Positions 44,969 to 56,229 of a stretch of DNA of 64,000 nucleotides are shown here, in pieces. The position numbers and the translations under genes are program-made. Origin of the DNA: Dudresnaya verticillata (taxonomy: Eukaryota); the NCBI GenBank assembly GCA_977862235.1, contig OZ374566.1:868001-932000 (forward strand), read 5' to 3'. How positions within the stretch are numbered: the stretch's first letter is position 1; each line of letters begins with the position of its first letter. Under the pieces are notes generated by a model, which worked only from the letters and a program-made list of their open reading frames with translations, was not told the origin of the DNA and ran no database searches.

Positions 44969-47900
44969 TCAGCGTGGTGAATATTGAGGGGAAGAGGGTG
45001 AGTATTGCGGGGAGCTCGGGGACGCTCCGTTGGCAAAGGCAGGAGAGTACTGGTTTCCGCCGCCAGCATAGCGGTATTGGGCTCCCGGGGATTGAGGGAA
45101 GTTGGGAGTGGATGGCGAATACCCGTCAGCAGCTGGAGAGCTCGGGCTGAACGCGCCCGGCGAACTCGGGCTGTATGCGCCAGGAGAACTTGGGCTATAA
45201 GCAAGGCCTCCAGGCGCACCGTATCCGCTGGCCGCCGCCGGAGACGCAGCTGGGGCATTATAGCTTGGGCTTGTTGGGGAGTAGCTGCCCCCCGCTCCGG
45301 CTGCCGAACTAGCGGCAGCGTTGTTCGGGCTGTACGCCGGGCTTGTCGGACTAAATCCGGGGCTAGTCGGCGAGTACTGTCCCCCGGGAGACGCTGCAGT
45401 CGGCGCTCCTCCTGGATACGGATTTGGGCCAGGAGACATTAGGTTGTACCCTGGGCTGGCTGGGGCAAAACCACCGGCACCAGCTCCGAACCCTGACATA
45501 CCCGCTCCTCCCGGACTAGCGTATCCCGGGCTTGATGCGTAGGCCGGACTTTGGTTATAGTACGGGCTTGCCGCCCCACCAGGGCTCATTGGCGTTACGT
45601 AGTCTCTTCCTGGCGACTGGAGCGGGGTGTACCCGCCAGCACCGCTCGCCCCTGCGCCTCCAGGAGTAGCGGGAGTAGGGGAGAACTGGGCATCTTCCGC
45701 GGACGGAGAAAACTGAGGATTCAACGGCGAGGCCCCCCCTCTCGTTGAACCAACCCGCGACGGAGTGAGCCAAGCTGCTGGAGAATATGCATTCCCAGGG
45801 GTTGCTCTCGCGTCAAAGGCCTTCTTTCTTCCCGGCGTCGCCATGGCCATCCCTCGTCCAGGGCTCAAGGCGGAAGAGAAATCGAAGCCATTGTTTCCCA
45901 TCGGGGAAGGTCCCACTCGCATTGAAGCTGGAGCTTGAATGCTATCAGGCATAATTGCATCTTTCAACATCTTCTCATTCAACATCAACTTGAAGCTACC
46001 CGTTCCTACAGGAGCCAGCTGCCCCAGCATGATATTCTCGGTCACCCCGCGAAGACGGTCCTTTTCACCCCAGATCGCGGCCTCTAGTAGAATATCCGTT
46101 GTTTCCTCGAACGAACATTTCATTAGCGGTCCTGTATCCACTCTATTCACACCATGCCGTGTAATTGCCATCAGGTGTCCACGATACGTCATGGTGTCTA
46201 CCAGAATGGCAAGATGCCTGTAGTTCACGTACGCACCATCAAACGAGATAACGCCTCTGATCTCGTTCAGCAGAGCTTCTCTCACCGCTTCAATACCGAG
46301 CGTCTCGAAGATTTCTACAATATCGTTAGACATTGTTCTCGTATGATCCACGGCTTCGTGTGACATCACGGCGAGCAAGTTCACTCCGTCCGTATCGAGA
46401 ACCCATTCCTCCTTGGACTTGTGCAGTCCTGTTCCTTCGTCAACGTAGGACATACGCGATTGTCGCATGAATACCTTCCTAATGGCGGGTATACCGCCTA
46501 GGTTCATTTGAGACAACAGTTCGGATTCGAGCTCTCTCAAGAACACTTCATCTTCGTTCTCGTCCTCATCTTCGGGGTCCTCCATCTCATTCCCTCCAAC
46601 CCCATCCTCCCCATACTTGTCTTGGGCTTGCTCGTCTGCGACCCGTAGACGCAACACCATCTTTTCGTCATTATCCTGCGATCGGATAATGTGCACATCA
46701 CCAGAGAACATATGCTGGATCACGCTTTCGATTTTGTCCATGGAAATCTGTCTATCAAGAAGCATATCCTTGTCCATGATGATTCTCAACAACCACGGCG
46801 AAACCCAAGCAGGTGCTTCTTCCAAATCAAAAAATGACTCGACCATATCTTGGTCTTCCTCAATAACAGTTCGTTGCGGATCGGGATCATAGTAGATCTC
46901 GGTGCACTGAGTGACGTCCTTCAATGTCGTATGCTGCAGAGAGGCCTGTATTTCTTTGGCTTTCTCCTTATCGGCGGCATATTCACTCTTGAGATATACA
47001 GTTAGTGAAGGCGTCTTCGTATTTTTCGAGACATTGATGATCTCTTTCAGACGCGGAACACCAAGTGTGACATTCTTCGCAGAAACACCGGCATAATGAA
47101 ACGTATTGAGCGTCATTTGCGTCGCTGGTTCCCCAATTGACTGAGCTGCTATGGCGCCAATATTTTCACCGGGAGCGACTCGGCATGCCATAAAGCGTGT
47201 CTCGACTTCACCCAGCATCCACAAGAATGCCTTCACAGAAAGCCTGTGTTCCTTGATCAATCGCTTACATGCTAGCATGGACCTCATATGAATTTGAAAC
47301 AGGAGCGTGGCATTCTCTTGAGCTTCGCTCCATAATGGGTCGACCATCTTTGGCTTTTGATCTACATGTTCCTCAACACCCAGGCTAGCCCCGGCAACAA
47401 AGGCAGTACTTTCAACATCTGCCTCATCGCCCACAACGAGGACCCTGGTTCGCTTTAGCAACATCTTAACACCTTTCAGAACTTGGTCCGGTGTCAAATT
47501 GGAGACGGAATCAGGATATATGTTGTACTGTTGCTTCGCGTTCCAGATGATTCTGTCAACGTTGACAGCAAGTGGTCGTTTGGATTCCCCGCTCTTGTCA
47601 ATCTCTTCCCTCAGTGTTTCTCGGTCTAGCTGGATTTGATGGAACTCTGCACGGAGCTCTAAATGAAGAGTAGCATCTTGCCGCACTTGCTCGCATATTT
47701 CCGTGTCTAGATACGGTCGCCCCTTGGAGTCACGACCGAATTTCGGATCAGTCGGATCCAAGTAGTACTCCTCTCGTAGCTTCTCATTCGACATTCGCAG
47801 TGTTCTGAGATTCTGATCTTCCAGAAACGTTGCATCCATACCGTCCTCCCCATATAGGAATTCAACAATATGGTTAACCGAGTTGCGTACGGTCCCGTCG

Positions 47901-50416
47901 TATCGAACCATGATATCCTCCATCGCCTTGATCAACCGACGCTGGATGTAGCCCGTTTCTGCGGTCTTCACTGCTGTGTCGATCAAACCTTCACGACCTC
48001 CCATGGCATGAAAGAAGAACTCCGATGGTGTTAAGCCCCGGAGATATGAGTTTTCCACAAAACCTCGACTTTCTGGTCCTAGATCATCTAGTACGAAGTG
48101 TGGCAGTGTCCGGCGATGAAATCCGTACGCAATCCTTTTTCCTTCAACATTCTGCTGTCCGACACAGGCGCAAATCTGTGATATGTTGATGAAGGAACCT
48201 TTCGACCCAGCACTAACCATTCGCTTAATGTTGTTGGACTTCAACAATGACTGCTGTGCAGATGCGCCGGACTTATCTCGAGCGCCGTTGAGCACTTTGT
48301 TTACCTCCGTCTCAAATGACTCCATCATTCCCTTTCCAGGTAATAGCACGAGTTCCTTTTCTTGGGCTTTACGGACCAGAAGTTTCACTTCTTCTTTTGC
48401 GTTCTGAATCGTCTCAATCACGGTCCGCATTGTGTCATCATCAGCAATCGTATCACCGATACCAATTGATTGCCCCCTTTGCAGAATGTAGTGATTCACT
48501 AGGACTTGAATTTGTGATATCATCACATCTGTTACCCTTGGACCAAACTCCTTCCATGTGACGTGGATAAGGCCATTGGCGGAAGTACCTACAGTCTTCT
48601 TATCGACGATACCACATATGAGTTCTCCTCGGGAGATATAAACCCTTGTATCACCCGGTGAGATGTCCGTCTTCTCGCCATCTGGATGAGTTATGTTGAA
48701 ACGCACCAGGTTGACCCGAGGAAGGATCAAAGAAAAGATTTGCTTCCCAGTCCACAGGGGTCTCGGCTTGTAGATGGCAGGTTCCGGAATCACACCGTCC
48801 CAGTCTCCTACATGCATGAGTAAGTTCATCATGAGGTCTCTCTCTAGAAATGTATCCCTCTGGGTGAAGAGCATGCAGCCAAGGAGGGTGTCCTGCACGA
48901 TTCCCATCACTGGCTTATTACCCTGCGGGGATACAATGCAGTGAGGCACAAGCATTAACTCCTGCACTTCAGCACGAGTCTGGTGTGTTTGAGGAACATG
49001 TAGATTCATTTCATCTCCATCAAAATCCGCATTGTACGGAGAAGTAACAGATAAGTTCAGGCGAAAGGTCGAGTACGGCAAGACTCGTATTCTATGGCCC
49101 ATGATAGACATCTTATGAAGGCTAGGCTGCCTATTGAACAGTACATAGTCTCCATCTCGAATGTGTCGTATGACCTTATAACCAACTTCGAGCGTTAGTT
49201 CAGAGCGATTGCGCACGTATGCAAGATTGACCTTATACCCGTCATCCCTCTCAATATACTTCGCACCAGGGTATTCATCCGGTCCGTTCTCTACAAGCTT
49301 CTGCATTTGGTCAATGTTGTATGATGTAACGACTTCCGGGAACGTGAGATTCCGGGCAATTGAATATGGAACGCCGACCTCATGTAGCTTGAGGTTGGGA
49401 TCAGGGGTAATAACTGTTCGGGCACTGAAGTCAACACGTTTTCCCATCAAGTTCCCCCGAACGCGCCCTTCTTTGCCCTTGAAACGCTGTCCAATACTCT
49501 TGATTGCACGGCTACCACCTCGCACTGTCGCAGGCATAATACCGGGCAGATCATTATTCATGTAGGTTGCGACATGGTATTGTACAAGGTCTATTTGCTC
49601 GCGAATTGCATGAGCAACAGCTCCAGTTCCTTCCAGGTTTCTTAGAGCGTTATTGTTCTTCACAATATCACCCAGTTTGTTGGTCAGATCATCTTCGTTT
49701 CGCAATCCGCCACGCATAACAGAAGGTCTAACCTGAGGTGGAGGAACTGGCAACAGCGTAAGGACGAGCCATTCCGGTCGCGAGAACTCCGGAGATAGTC
49801 CGAGAGCCCTGCAGTCGGTATCTGATATCCGCTTGAAGATGGCGTACGCTCGCTCCGCCGATATAGTCTGCTTGCGCTCCGCAGAGTCCTCGCCGGTTTC
49901 CTCGAATATGGCTCGAATTCGGAACCCGTCACGCGAATACTTGGGCTGTCGGTGACCGCAACCTTCCACGGCATCGCAAGTCTTCTTCGATCCACTGGTA
50001 TATCGCATTGCAGCGCGCAGACGATCTCCGGGCTTGGGGATTTTCAGCAACACCTGGGTAGTGGACGAGCTGGTGAGGAGCCTCGAACAGAAGTGGCAGA
50101 CGCATCGCAGAACCTTGAGGGTGGTGTTGATGAAGCCAATGTTGAACATGGGCTTCGCCAGCTCAACGTGACCAAAGTGTCCCGGGCAAGTCTTGTCGTC
50201 GCAGAAGCAAGTGAGGCACGGGAAGCTTGGACCATTGGCCCCTAGGCGGCGGTCGACAATGCCCTCTGGCTTCGGCTGGCCGTTCTCGTACGGCTTCTCG
50301 TACTTGATCTCCGCAACTGACATGCGGCGGATCTCATCGGGGCCGAGGATTCCGAACTGGACGCAGTTGAGCCGGCGCACCGGGGCGCTCGAGTACGGAA
50401 ACTCGCGATCTCCCAT
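44969..50416 (-). CDS. RPB1: RNA polymerase II largest subunit, intronless, degenerate CTD
   Basis: CPGHFGH, GNLMGKRVDFSAR, YNADFDGDEMN, HAMGGREG, GEPATQMTLNTFH and an SP-rich C-terminal extension. Confidence 0.99.
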   Translation of the reverse strand: MGDREFPYSSAPVRRLNCVQFGILGPDEIRRMSVAEIKYEKPYENGQPKPEGIVDRRLGANGPSFPCLTCFCDDKTCPGHFGHVELAKPMFNIGFINTTLKVLRCVCHFCSRLLTSSSTTQVLLKIPKPGDRLRAAMRYTSGSKKTCDAVEGCGHRQPKYSRDGFRIRAIFEETGEDSAERKQTISAERAYAIFKRISDTDCRALGLSPEFSRPEWLVLTLLPVPPPQVRPSVMRGGLRNEDDLTNKLGDIVKNNNALRNLEGTGAVAHAIREQIDLVQYHVATYMNNDLPGIMPATVRGGSRAIKSIGQRFKGKEGRVRGNLMGKRVDFSARTVITPDPNLKLHEVGVPYSIARNLTFPEVVTSYNIDQMQKLVENGPDEYPGAKYIERDDGYKVNLAYVRNRSELTLEVGYKVIRHIRDGDYVLFNRQPSLHKMSIMGHRIRVLPYSTFRLNLSVTSPYNADFDGDEMNLHVPQTHQTRAEVQELMLVPHCIVSPQGNKPVMGIVQDTLLGCMLFTQRDTFLERDLMMNLLMHVGDWDGVIPEPAIYKPRPLWTGKQIFSLILPRVNLVRFNITHPDGEKTDISPGDTRVYISRGELICGIVDKKTVGTSANGLIHVTWKEFGPRVTDVMISQIQVLVNHYILQRGQSIGIGDTIADDDTMRTVIETIQNAKEEVKLLVRKAQEKELVLLPGKGMMESFETEVNKVLNGARDKSGASAQQSLLKSNNIKRMVSAGSKGSFINISQICACVGQQNVEGKRIAYGFHRRTLPHFVLDDLGPESRGFVENSYLRGLTPSEFFFHAMGGREGLIDTAVKTAETGYIQRRLIKAMEDIMVRYDGTVRNSVNHIVEFLYGEDGMDATFLEDQNLRTLRMSNEKLREEYYLDPTDPKFGRDSKGRPYLDTEICEQVRQDATLHLELRAEFHQIQLDRETLREEIDKSGESKRPLAVNVDRIIWNAKQQYNIYPDSVSNLTPDQVLKGVKMLLKRTRVLVVGDEADVESTAFVAGASLGVEEHVDQKPKMVDPLWSEAQENATLLFQIHMRSMLACKRLIKEHRLSVKAFLWMLGEVETRFMACRVAPGENIGAIAAQSIGEPATQMTLNTFHYAGVSAKNVTLGVPRLKEIINVSKNTKTPSLTVYLKSEYAADKEKAKEIQASLQHTTLKDVTQCTEIYYDPDPQRTVIEEDQDMVESFFDLEEAPAWVSPWLLRIIMDKDMLLDRQISMDKIESVIQHMFSGDVHIIRSQDNDEKMVLRLRVADEQAQDKYGEDGVGGNEMEDPEDEDENEDEVFLRELESELLSQMNLGGIPAIRKVFMRQSRMSYVDEGTGLHKSKEEWVLDTDGVNLLAVMSHEAVDHTRTMSNDIVEIFETLGIEAVREALLNEIRGVISFDGAYVNYRHLAILVDTMTYRGHLMAITRHGVNRVDTGPLMKCSFEETTDILLEAAIWGEKDRLRGVTENIMLGQLAPVGTGSFKLMLNEKMLKDAIMPDSIQAPASMRVGPSPMGNNGFDFSSALSPGRGMAMATPGRKKAFDARATPGNAYSPAAWLTPSRVGSTRGGASPLNPQFSPSAEDAQFSPTPATPGGAGASGAGGYTPLQSPGRDYVTPMSPGGAASPYYNQSPAYASSPGYASPGGAGMSGFGAGAGGFAPASPGYNLMSPGPNPYPGGAPTAASPGGQYSPTSPGFSPTSPAYSPNNAAASSAAGAGGSYSPTSPSYNAPAASPAAASGYGAPGGLAYSPSSPGAYSPSSPGAFSPSSPAADGYSPSTPNFPQSPGAQYRYAGGGNQYSPAFANGASPSSPQYSPSSPQYSPR

Positions 50417-51834
50417 GGTGGCGGGGTGGGCTAGTCAGACAGTCGTGGAGCGTCGCTCGGGGCTGCAGTGATCGGCGGACGCCGGTTCCGCGGCTAGCGA
50501 AAGAGGCGGAGTGCGCGCCTTAAGGCGCGAAGGGAGGGAACTCGGCTTGCAGATAGCAATTCAACGGTCGCGGAACTTGAGGTTTGGTGGGAAGCGACGC
50601 GGCTCGGCTGGTCGCGGCTCTTGTGCAGCGATGCCAGAGGGAGGGCCACGGACGTTGGCGAAGAAGGTTATCGGAAGCGGTAGGGGAAGACACGGATGTG
50701 GTTCGCTTTCGGAGAGCAGAATGGTGCGACGAATCGGGCGATATCAGTAAGCGGGTATGTACAGTGTAGTGCGAGCGGCAAGGGCTGCAGAGCGGGCGCG
50801 GGAGGGATGAAGGGTAAGGAGGGAGGCGGGGAAAAGGAGGGCGAAGGGGAAGAGAAGGGAACAAAAAGAAGGGGGGAGGCGGTGAGCAGGGGCGGGAGGT
50901 GCAAGGGGGCTGGGGGTCGGGCAGGCGCGGACAGGTCATGGCGGAAGGGAAGGCTGACGGGGGTGAGGCTCGGGCTGCTAGAAAAATGAAGCGGGATAGG
51001 CGCCATTTCGCGAACTTTGGTTAATTCGCGGGGGGCTTTGACCGACCGACGAGCGGGCACGGCTCTGATTTTCGAGAGAGACAAGTTTGCTGCCTGAGGG
51101 GCTCTAAAATTAGTGTTTTTCAATATTTGCGGGCAACGCGTCCGACGTGGTTGATCTGTTTGGCGCCCGCACAAGCTGCTTCGGCGAACTTTGGCCGCCG
51201 CGCGGCGACCGGCGGTCAAACCCCTTCAAACCCATTCAACAAGCCCTGTAAAGACGTATGCTTACACACCATTGCGATCCGTGTCCCCCACCTCAGTCCG
51301 AAATCCGGACCGGAATACCCACCGTCACCTTCCGTTCGTTTCCCCGCCGGAAAGCAGGAACACTCATCTGTGCTCGTTGTCTCCGCGGGAAACAGGAAGG
51401 GATTGTATTGATGCTATGATCGAAGCTACGGAAGATACCGCCCCCGGTTGGTCGAAGTAATGATCAGCCCCGGATGGCCTCCCGCTACTCATCTCTGCAC
51501 CCTCTTTCTGCTCACGGCGAAGTCGAATACGTTGTCCTTCACGCCTATGTCTGCGCAACCCGACGCACGCGTACAATGGCATTAACTAACCATCGAAACT
51601 CATGACCACGTGCTTAGCCGCATTGCGGGAATGTATGCGCTATTCATCGGCTATGAAAACCTGGCGCTTTGCTCGGCATCACCTCCCCCAAATGTGCTGG
51701 CGGAAGGAAGCAGACCCCGCTCCTCGCCTCTCCCGAGACGTTCGCTACGTATTTATATTTACTACAAGCTATCCTTTCAGCCCTTTCCGCATGGTACCAA
51801 TTGTTTTTCACCAAAGGCAACAACTGCAGGAGAG

Positions 51835-54800
51835 TCAGTGCACTCGCGAGTACCACTTGTACAGCAGCGTGCTCTTCCGCATATTCTGCTCAGATTCTGC
51901 GAGAAAGATGCAGTCCTGTAGTGATATCGGCGTCTTCGCCACACCCACTCCCAATTTCTTTGCTCCTGGCATGCTTGACATTCTTGGTCCCCCAAGTTTG
52001 GTAAGCGGAGCCAGTTTCTGCAGTTGCTGCTCCGTCGTCAACTTCTCAGCACCCTTACTACCAATCGAATTCGAATCCGCCTTGGGATGCCGCACAATAG
52101 GAGGTAGCTCCTTGGGCCCACCAATCGGAGGTAAACCATCCAACGGCGCTAGACCGCCCAGAGAAGCCAATCCTTTTGATGGGGGCTTCTTCCGTCGTTT
52201 GTCATAGTTAGCCAGCAGTCCCGAGAGCGCATCTCGTTGGGAGCTGTTCTCCTTCCTTTTCTTCTCCAATGCCAATTTCTCTTTGCGTTCAGACTCAGCT
52301 GCAGCGCTAGCGTCCTTCGCCTTCTTCTCTTCCTGTGCTGCTTCCCCAGCTATTTTTTTCGCTTCGCGTTCTTGCTGCTCCTTTCTTCGCTTAATCCGCA
52401 TCTCCGCAGCAACAGTTAGCGATCTTTCTTCATCTTCTCGTAGACGTTCTAGCTTTTCATATATGTTAGGTCCGACATTTTCAGTCTTCCATTGAGAACG
52501 GTTGGCCTCTGTTCGAATCGCAACAATATCCTTCAGGTTCTCCAGCATAGACGAGAGGCGCTCTCTTGCAGCAAGTGAAACAAGCTCCATCACATCTTTC
52601 GGTATGTTCTCATCTAACCCATACTTCTTGCTGACCTTCTGCATCTTCGACCGAAGCCTTGGACCAGATAGCAACATATCTGCATCATAGTCCATCACCT
52701 CGATGACCTCGTTGTCCCCTCCATTTGCGTCACGCCCGAGCATATCTTCTTCATTCTCAATGTCGACAACATTATGGCAAACATTTAGCTCGTCATCTAC
52801 ACGACGCACTTTCCGGTTGGGGACCTGCCCAGGAGTCTGCGTCGCTGGGGCAGTGCTGGGAGGTTTCATCCCTGTACTGGTAGTGCCAGGAGCAAGCTGC
52901 GCCTGGTTTGTCATTCCCGCTGGTCGCCCCTTGAGGAAGTTTGGTGTAGCAGGTGGGGGCTTGCCGCTCTTGCCCGCGTTTGCACTGGTTGGCACAGGCT
53001 GCTTCTTCCGTCCAACATTTCCCTTCGGAGCTTTTGGTGCCGGTTTGGATTTCTTTTGTAGAGATCCTGCGGGTGAGCTTCCATCCACATCAAGGGGGCG
53101 TTTCCCGTTAACAAAAGATTGGGGAGGGTTTGAGCTCGGACTCGCAAAGGACGGTCCTTGCGGAATGGCCTTCTGTTTCGCTGCCCCTTTTGGCGATCCC
53201 TTAGGGGGCAATCTTTGCACTGCTTTCGCTGTGTTTTTGGACGGCGCTTTGTTAGCAGACTTTGACGCAGGCTTCGCAGCCGGCTTGCGCACGCCCTTCG
53301 CCTTCGCTGTGGAAGGAGCCTTGCTTCCAGCTAATCCCTTGCTACCAGCTACCCCCTTTCCACCTTTTGTTCCCGCTACAGTAGTTGGGACGGCAGGAAC
53401 AGCTGCTCCAGGTCCTTTGATGCCCACTTGGCGATTCGCACTGGGACCAACCGCCTGGCGCGGAACGCTCTTGCTAGCAACGCTCTTGCTCGCAGCAGAT
53501 TTAGCAGCTGTGCTCCTAGCACCCTTAACTGGCGGCGTTTTCCTTGGTGGGACTGTCTTGCTAGAGACTCCCTTGCCTCCAACTTGGCTTGCCTGTGGGA
53601 ACTGACCTTCTGCAACATAGCCCGAACCAGATGAGGCTGCACCAGCCACTGCATTCATTTGCAACTCTGGTTTTATCTTCACACCGGCATTCTTGCTAGC
53701 CTGGGCAGCTCGTGCTCGAGCGAGAGCATGAGCTCGAGCTGCAGCAACATGTGCTTGCACTGGTACCGCCGCAGTCGCCGGAGCTCGAGCACTCTGACTC
53801 TTCCGTTGCTGCTTACCCTTCTGCTGCTGTTGCACTTGGCGATTGAGCAGCTGCTGCTGCTGAAGCTTCCCCTCGCTGCGACGCTTCTGCAGCTCAAACT
53901 CTCTCTCGTACCAGACCTTGAACTCCTTGATGACGTCAATAGTGATCGCTTCTGGACAGCTCCCCCGAACAAAACCGGCCACAGACTCCAAAAGCTTCTG
54001 CCTAGTAATCATTCCTTTTACCCAAGATGCCCAGACAGATTTAATATGGTCTTTCAAACGTGCCTCAGTTTGTCGCTGCAATGGCTTGTTTTGCATGACA
54101 CGAGAGAGTGTCTTAATTGCATGCCGGCAAAAATGACCTACAATGATCTGTTCCTGAGTAATATGCGGTCTCTGTTGTCGACCTTGTTGCGGATTAGGAG
54201 GCTGGGCATTTGGTTGACCCCCTGCAGCATGTCCAGGTTGTCCATTACGCGCAACTTGAGCGACCAACATACTCTGTGAAGATCGGTGAGGTTGGGCACT
54301 ACTGGTAGCGTGTCTAGCGCTGGCATTCGCGACTTGGGATGGCCCAGTGCGATTACGAGGAACTGCGTTTGGATGCGATGTACCCGGCGTTCTTCCTCTA
54401 TCAGTCGTGTTCTGTAAAGCAGTTAGTTCCGCAGATATGTCATTCACTCCTCGGTTCGCTTGGCGACTAGTGGCCATAGTGGCAGCTGGAACCCGAGAGG
54501 AACTCGCAGCTCCTGAGATAGTCGCTTCCCTCTTTTGTGTTGCCTTCGCTGCAGCAGCTTGCTTTCTTCGGAACCGGGCTGCAACTATGGCAGCTTGACT
54601 CATGTTGGCAACAGGAGCTGGCGGAAGGTTCTGCTGCGGATGAGAGCGTTGCACAGCATTCATCATGTGACGCCCGCCGTACCCTGGCTGCATCTGGGGC
54701 GCAGGGATAGTCGCAGGACCGGGGGCAGATGCCGCGGCATCATTACTCCTTAGCAAATCATACAAGGACGTGAGGTTCTGCGTCATAGAGTCGTGCAATG

Positions 54801-55002
54801 CCGGCTGGCGACCATGCCCCAGTGCCTGCGGGCTGACTTGTGGAATACCCACGGCCTGCATTGGGACGTTACTCGGCGCCGGTGTGAACGAAGGGCTCGG
54901 AGCTGGGGCTGGGGCTGGGGCTGGAGCTGGGGCTGGGGCTGCAGAAGCGCTCGGTTTGTCGCCAATTGCAGCCAAAAGCTCCTGCATGTTCTTGTCTGTC
55001 AT
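51835..55002 (-). CDS. TAF4: TFIID subunit TAF4
   Basis: Low-complexity N-terminus and a central helical RST-like region (LKDHIKSVWASWVKGMITRQKLLESV). TAF4 histone-fold region DELNVCHNVVDIENEEDML..VMELVSLAARERLSSMLENL. Conserved C-terminal ISLQDCIFLAESEQNMRKSTLLYKWY. Confidence 0.85.
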   Translation of the reverse strand: MTDKNMQELLAAIGDKPSASAAPAPAPAPAPAPAPSPSFTPAPSNVPMQAVGIPQVSPQALGHGRQPALHDSMTQNLTSLYDLLRSNDAAASAPGPATIPAPQMQPGYGGRHMMNAVQRSHPQQNLPPAPVANMSQAAIVAARFRRKQAAAAKATQKREATISGAASSSRVPAATMATSRQANRGVNDISAELTALQNTTDRGRTPGTSHPNAVPRNRTGPSQVANASARHATSSAQPHRSSQSMLVAQVARNGQPGHAAGGQPNAQPPNPQQGRQQRPHITQEQIIVGHFCRHAIKTLSRVMQNKPLQRQTEARLKDHIKSVWASWVKGMITRQKLLESVAGFVRGSCPEAITIDVIKEFKVWYEREFELQKRRSEGKLQQQQLLNRQVQQQQKGKQQRKSQSARAPATAAVPVQAHVAAARAHALARARAAQASKNAGVKIKPELQMNAVAGAASSGSGYVAEGQFPQASQVGGKGVSSKTVPPRKTPPVKGARSTAAKSAASKSVASKSVPRQAVGPSANRQVGIKGPGAAVPAVPTTVAGTKGGKGVAGSKGLAGSKAPSTAKAKGVRKPAAKPASKSANKAPSKNTAKAVQRLPPKGSPKGAAKQKAIPQGPSFASPSSNPPQSFVNGKRPLDVDGSSPAGSLQKKSKPAPKAPKGNVGRKKQPVPTSANAGKSGKPPPATPNFLKGRPAGMTNQAQLAPGTTSTGMKPPSTAPATQTPGQVPNRKVRRVDDELNVCHNVVDIENEEDMLGRDANGGDNEVIEVMDYDADMLLSGPRLRSKMQKVSKKYGLDENIPKDVMELVSLAARERLSSMLENLKDIVAIRTEANRSQWKTENVGPNIYEKLERLREDEERSLTVAAEMRIKRRKEQQEREAKKIAGEAAQEEKKAKDASAAAESERKEKLALEKKRKENSSQRDALSGLLANYDKRRKKPPSKGLASLGGLAPLDGLPPIGGPKELPPIVRHPKADSNSIGSKGAEKLTTEQQLQKLAPLTKLGGPRMSSMPGAKKLGVGVAKTPISLQDCIFLAESEQNMRKSTLLYKWYSRVH
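54899..54942. repeat. Coding hexamer repeat (GGRGCT)n encoding an (Ala-Pro)n tract in TAF4
   Basis: About seven consecutive GGRGCT units on the + strand, translated as APAPAPAPAPAPAP on the minus strand. Confidence 0.9.
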
Positions 55003-56229
55003 AATGCAAGCTTTCGGCTTCCAGGTTACCCCAGTCGGCGAAGAACCACCGCAGCAGCGGATGGGAGCAAAACGTCACAAGCGTCCAGGTCGGATACCCA
55101 AGAAATGACGGGTGGGCTCCCGGAGAACAAGAGAGAAGGCGAAGCACCGGGACCAAAGTAGAGGCAGGGCTTGGCCTGGGGCTCGTTGGCACGCCGCGGA
55201 GGACAAGGGCGCCCGGGCCTCCAACAGACAGCGCCGCAAGCGAGGCACACGGGTATCCTTCGTACTTCCTTCAATTTGGTCCAGGTCGTAGACCACACCA
55301 AATTCGAAATGATCAGGTCTTCAAAAGTGTTTAAAATTAAGGAATACCAGCCAAATGCGCGCTCTCAGAGGAGAAAAGGTATATGAAATCAGAGCAAAAC
55401 TGTCAGTCGACGTTGCAAGTTCGGTTCCTTGTCCCTCACAATTCGTCAAGGTGCCGGGAGTGCGACACCGCCCCAATTGCCCTGACGAAACGACCGCTGA
55501 AAGGTCCACTCCACGAGTGTCTGCCACTACAGGTTCGTGCGATCTCCGTCTTGGAGAGGCTCGGCTACTTCCAACATCCACTATTGACGTTGTCAGCCTA
55601 ATGCCTTCTTCCACAATCACAGCCAGGGATGACCTTCTTTTGCAGCAATCAGTCTTCAGCAATACTAGGCGTGCGACAGTGTCGGCCTGGCCGAACCACT
55701 GCGGCATATGAAATCTCTGTTACTGACATTCTCAGATCCTACCTGAAATGGGGCCTGCAGTCTTTCCTTGGCTCGCGATCGGTATGCGCTTCTCTCTAGA
55801 GTTGACACTCATGAAAAGGGCAACATCAATACTGTAATGTCTGTACTGCGACAATCTCACCGCCGCGCTTCCCTTTCTGTGTTCTCGATATCACGAAGCA
55901 CCGCGAATGAACCGCTCTTGGCCGAGTAGCGAGTGTGCTCTGAGTTTAAAGTACAACTTCTGGCTAAACACCGGAACCAATCCTCTCGACCGTGGAATAG
56001 AGTGCACCGTGCAGAGCAGGCTACGGGGGCATGGTGGACATTCGAGCGGAGGATGTGAAACACTAAGAAGCTACGTCTCCACACCTCGCTTTACTCTCCT
56101 ATGATATACGGCATCAGGCTTTGTCCATGCTGGGAGAATTCAGCACTGCAGGCTCATATGGCGAAATGGTCGCAAAGCTTTGAAAGGAGGATAATACCAG
56201 ACGCTTCCGACGCACCTTCTGCACCCGCG

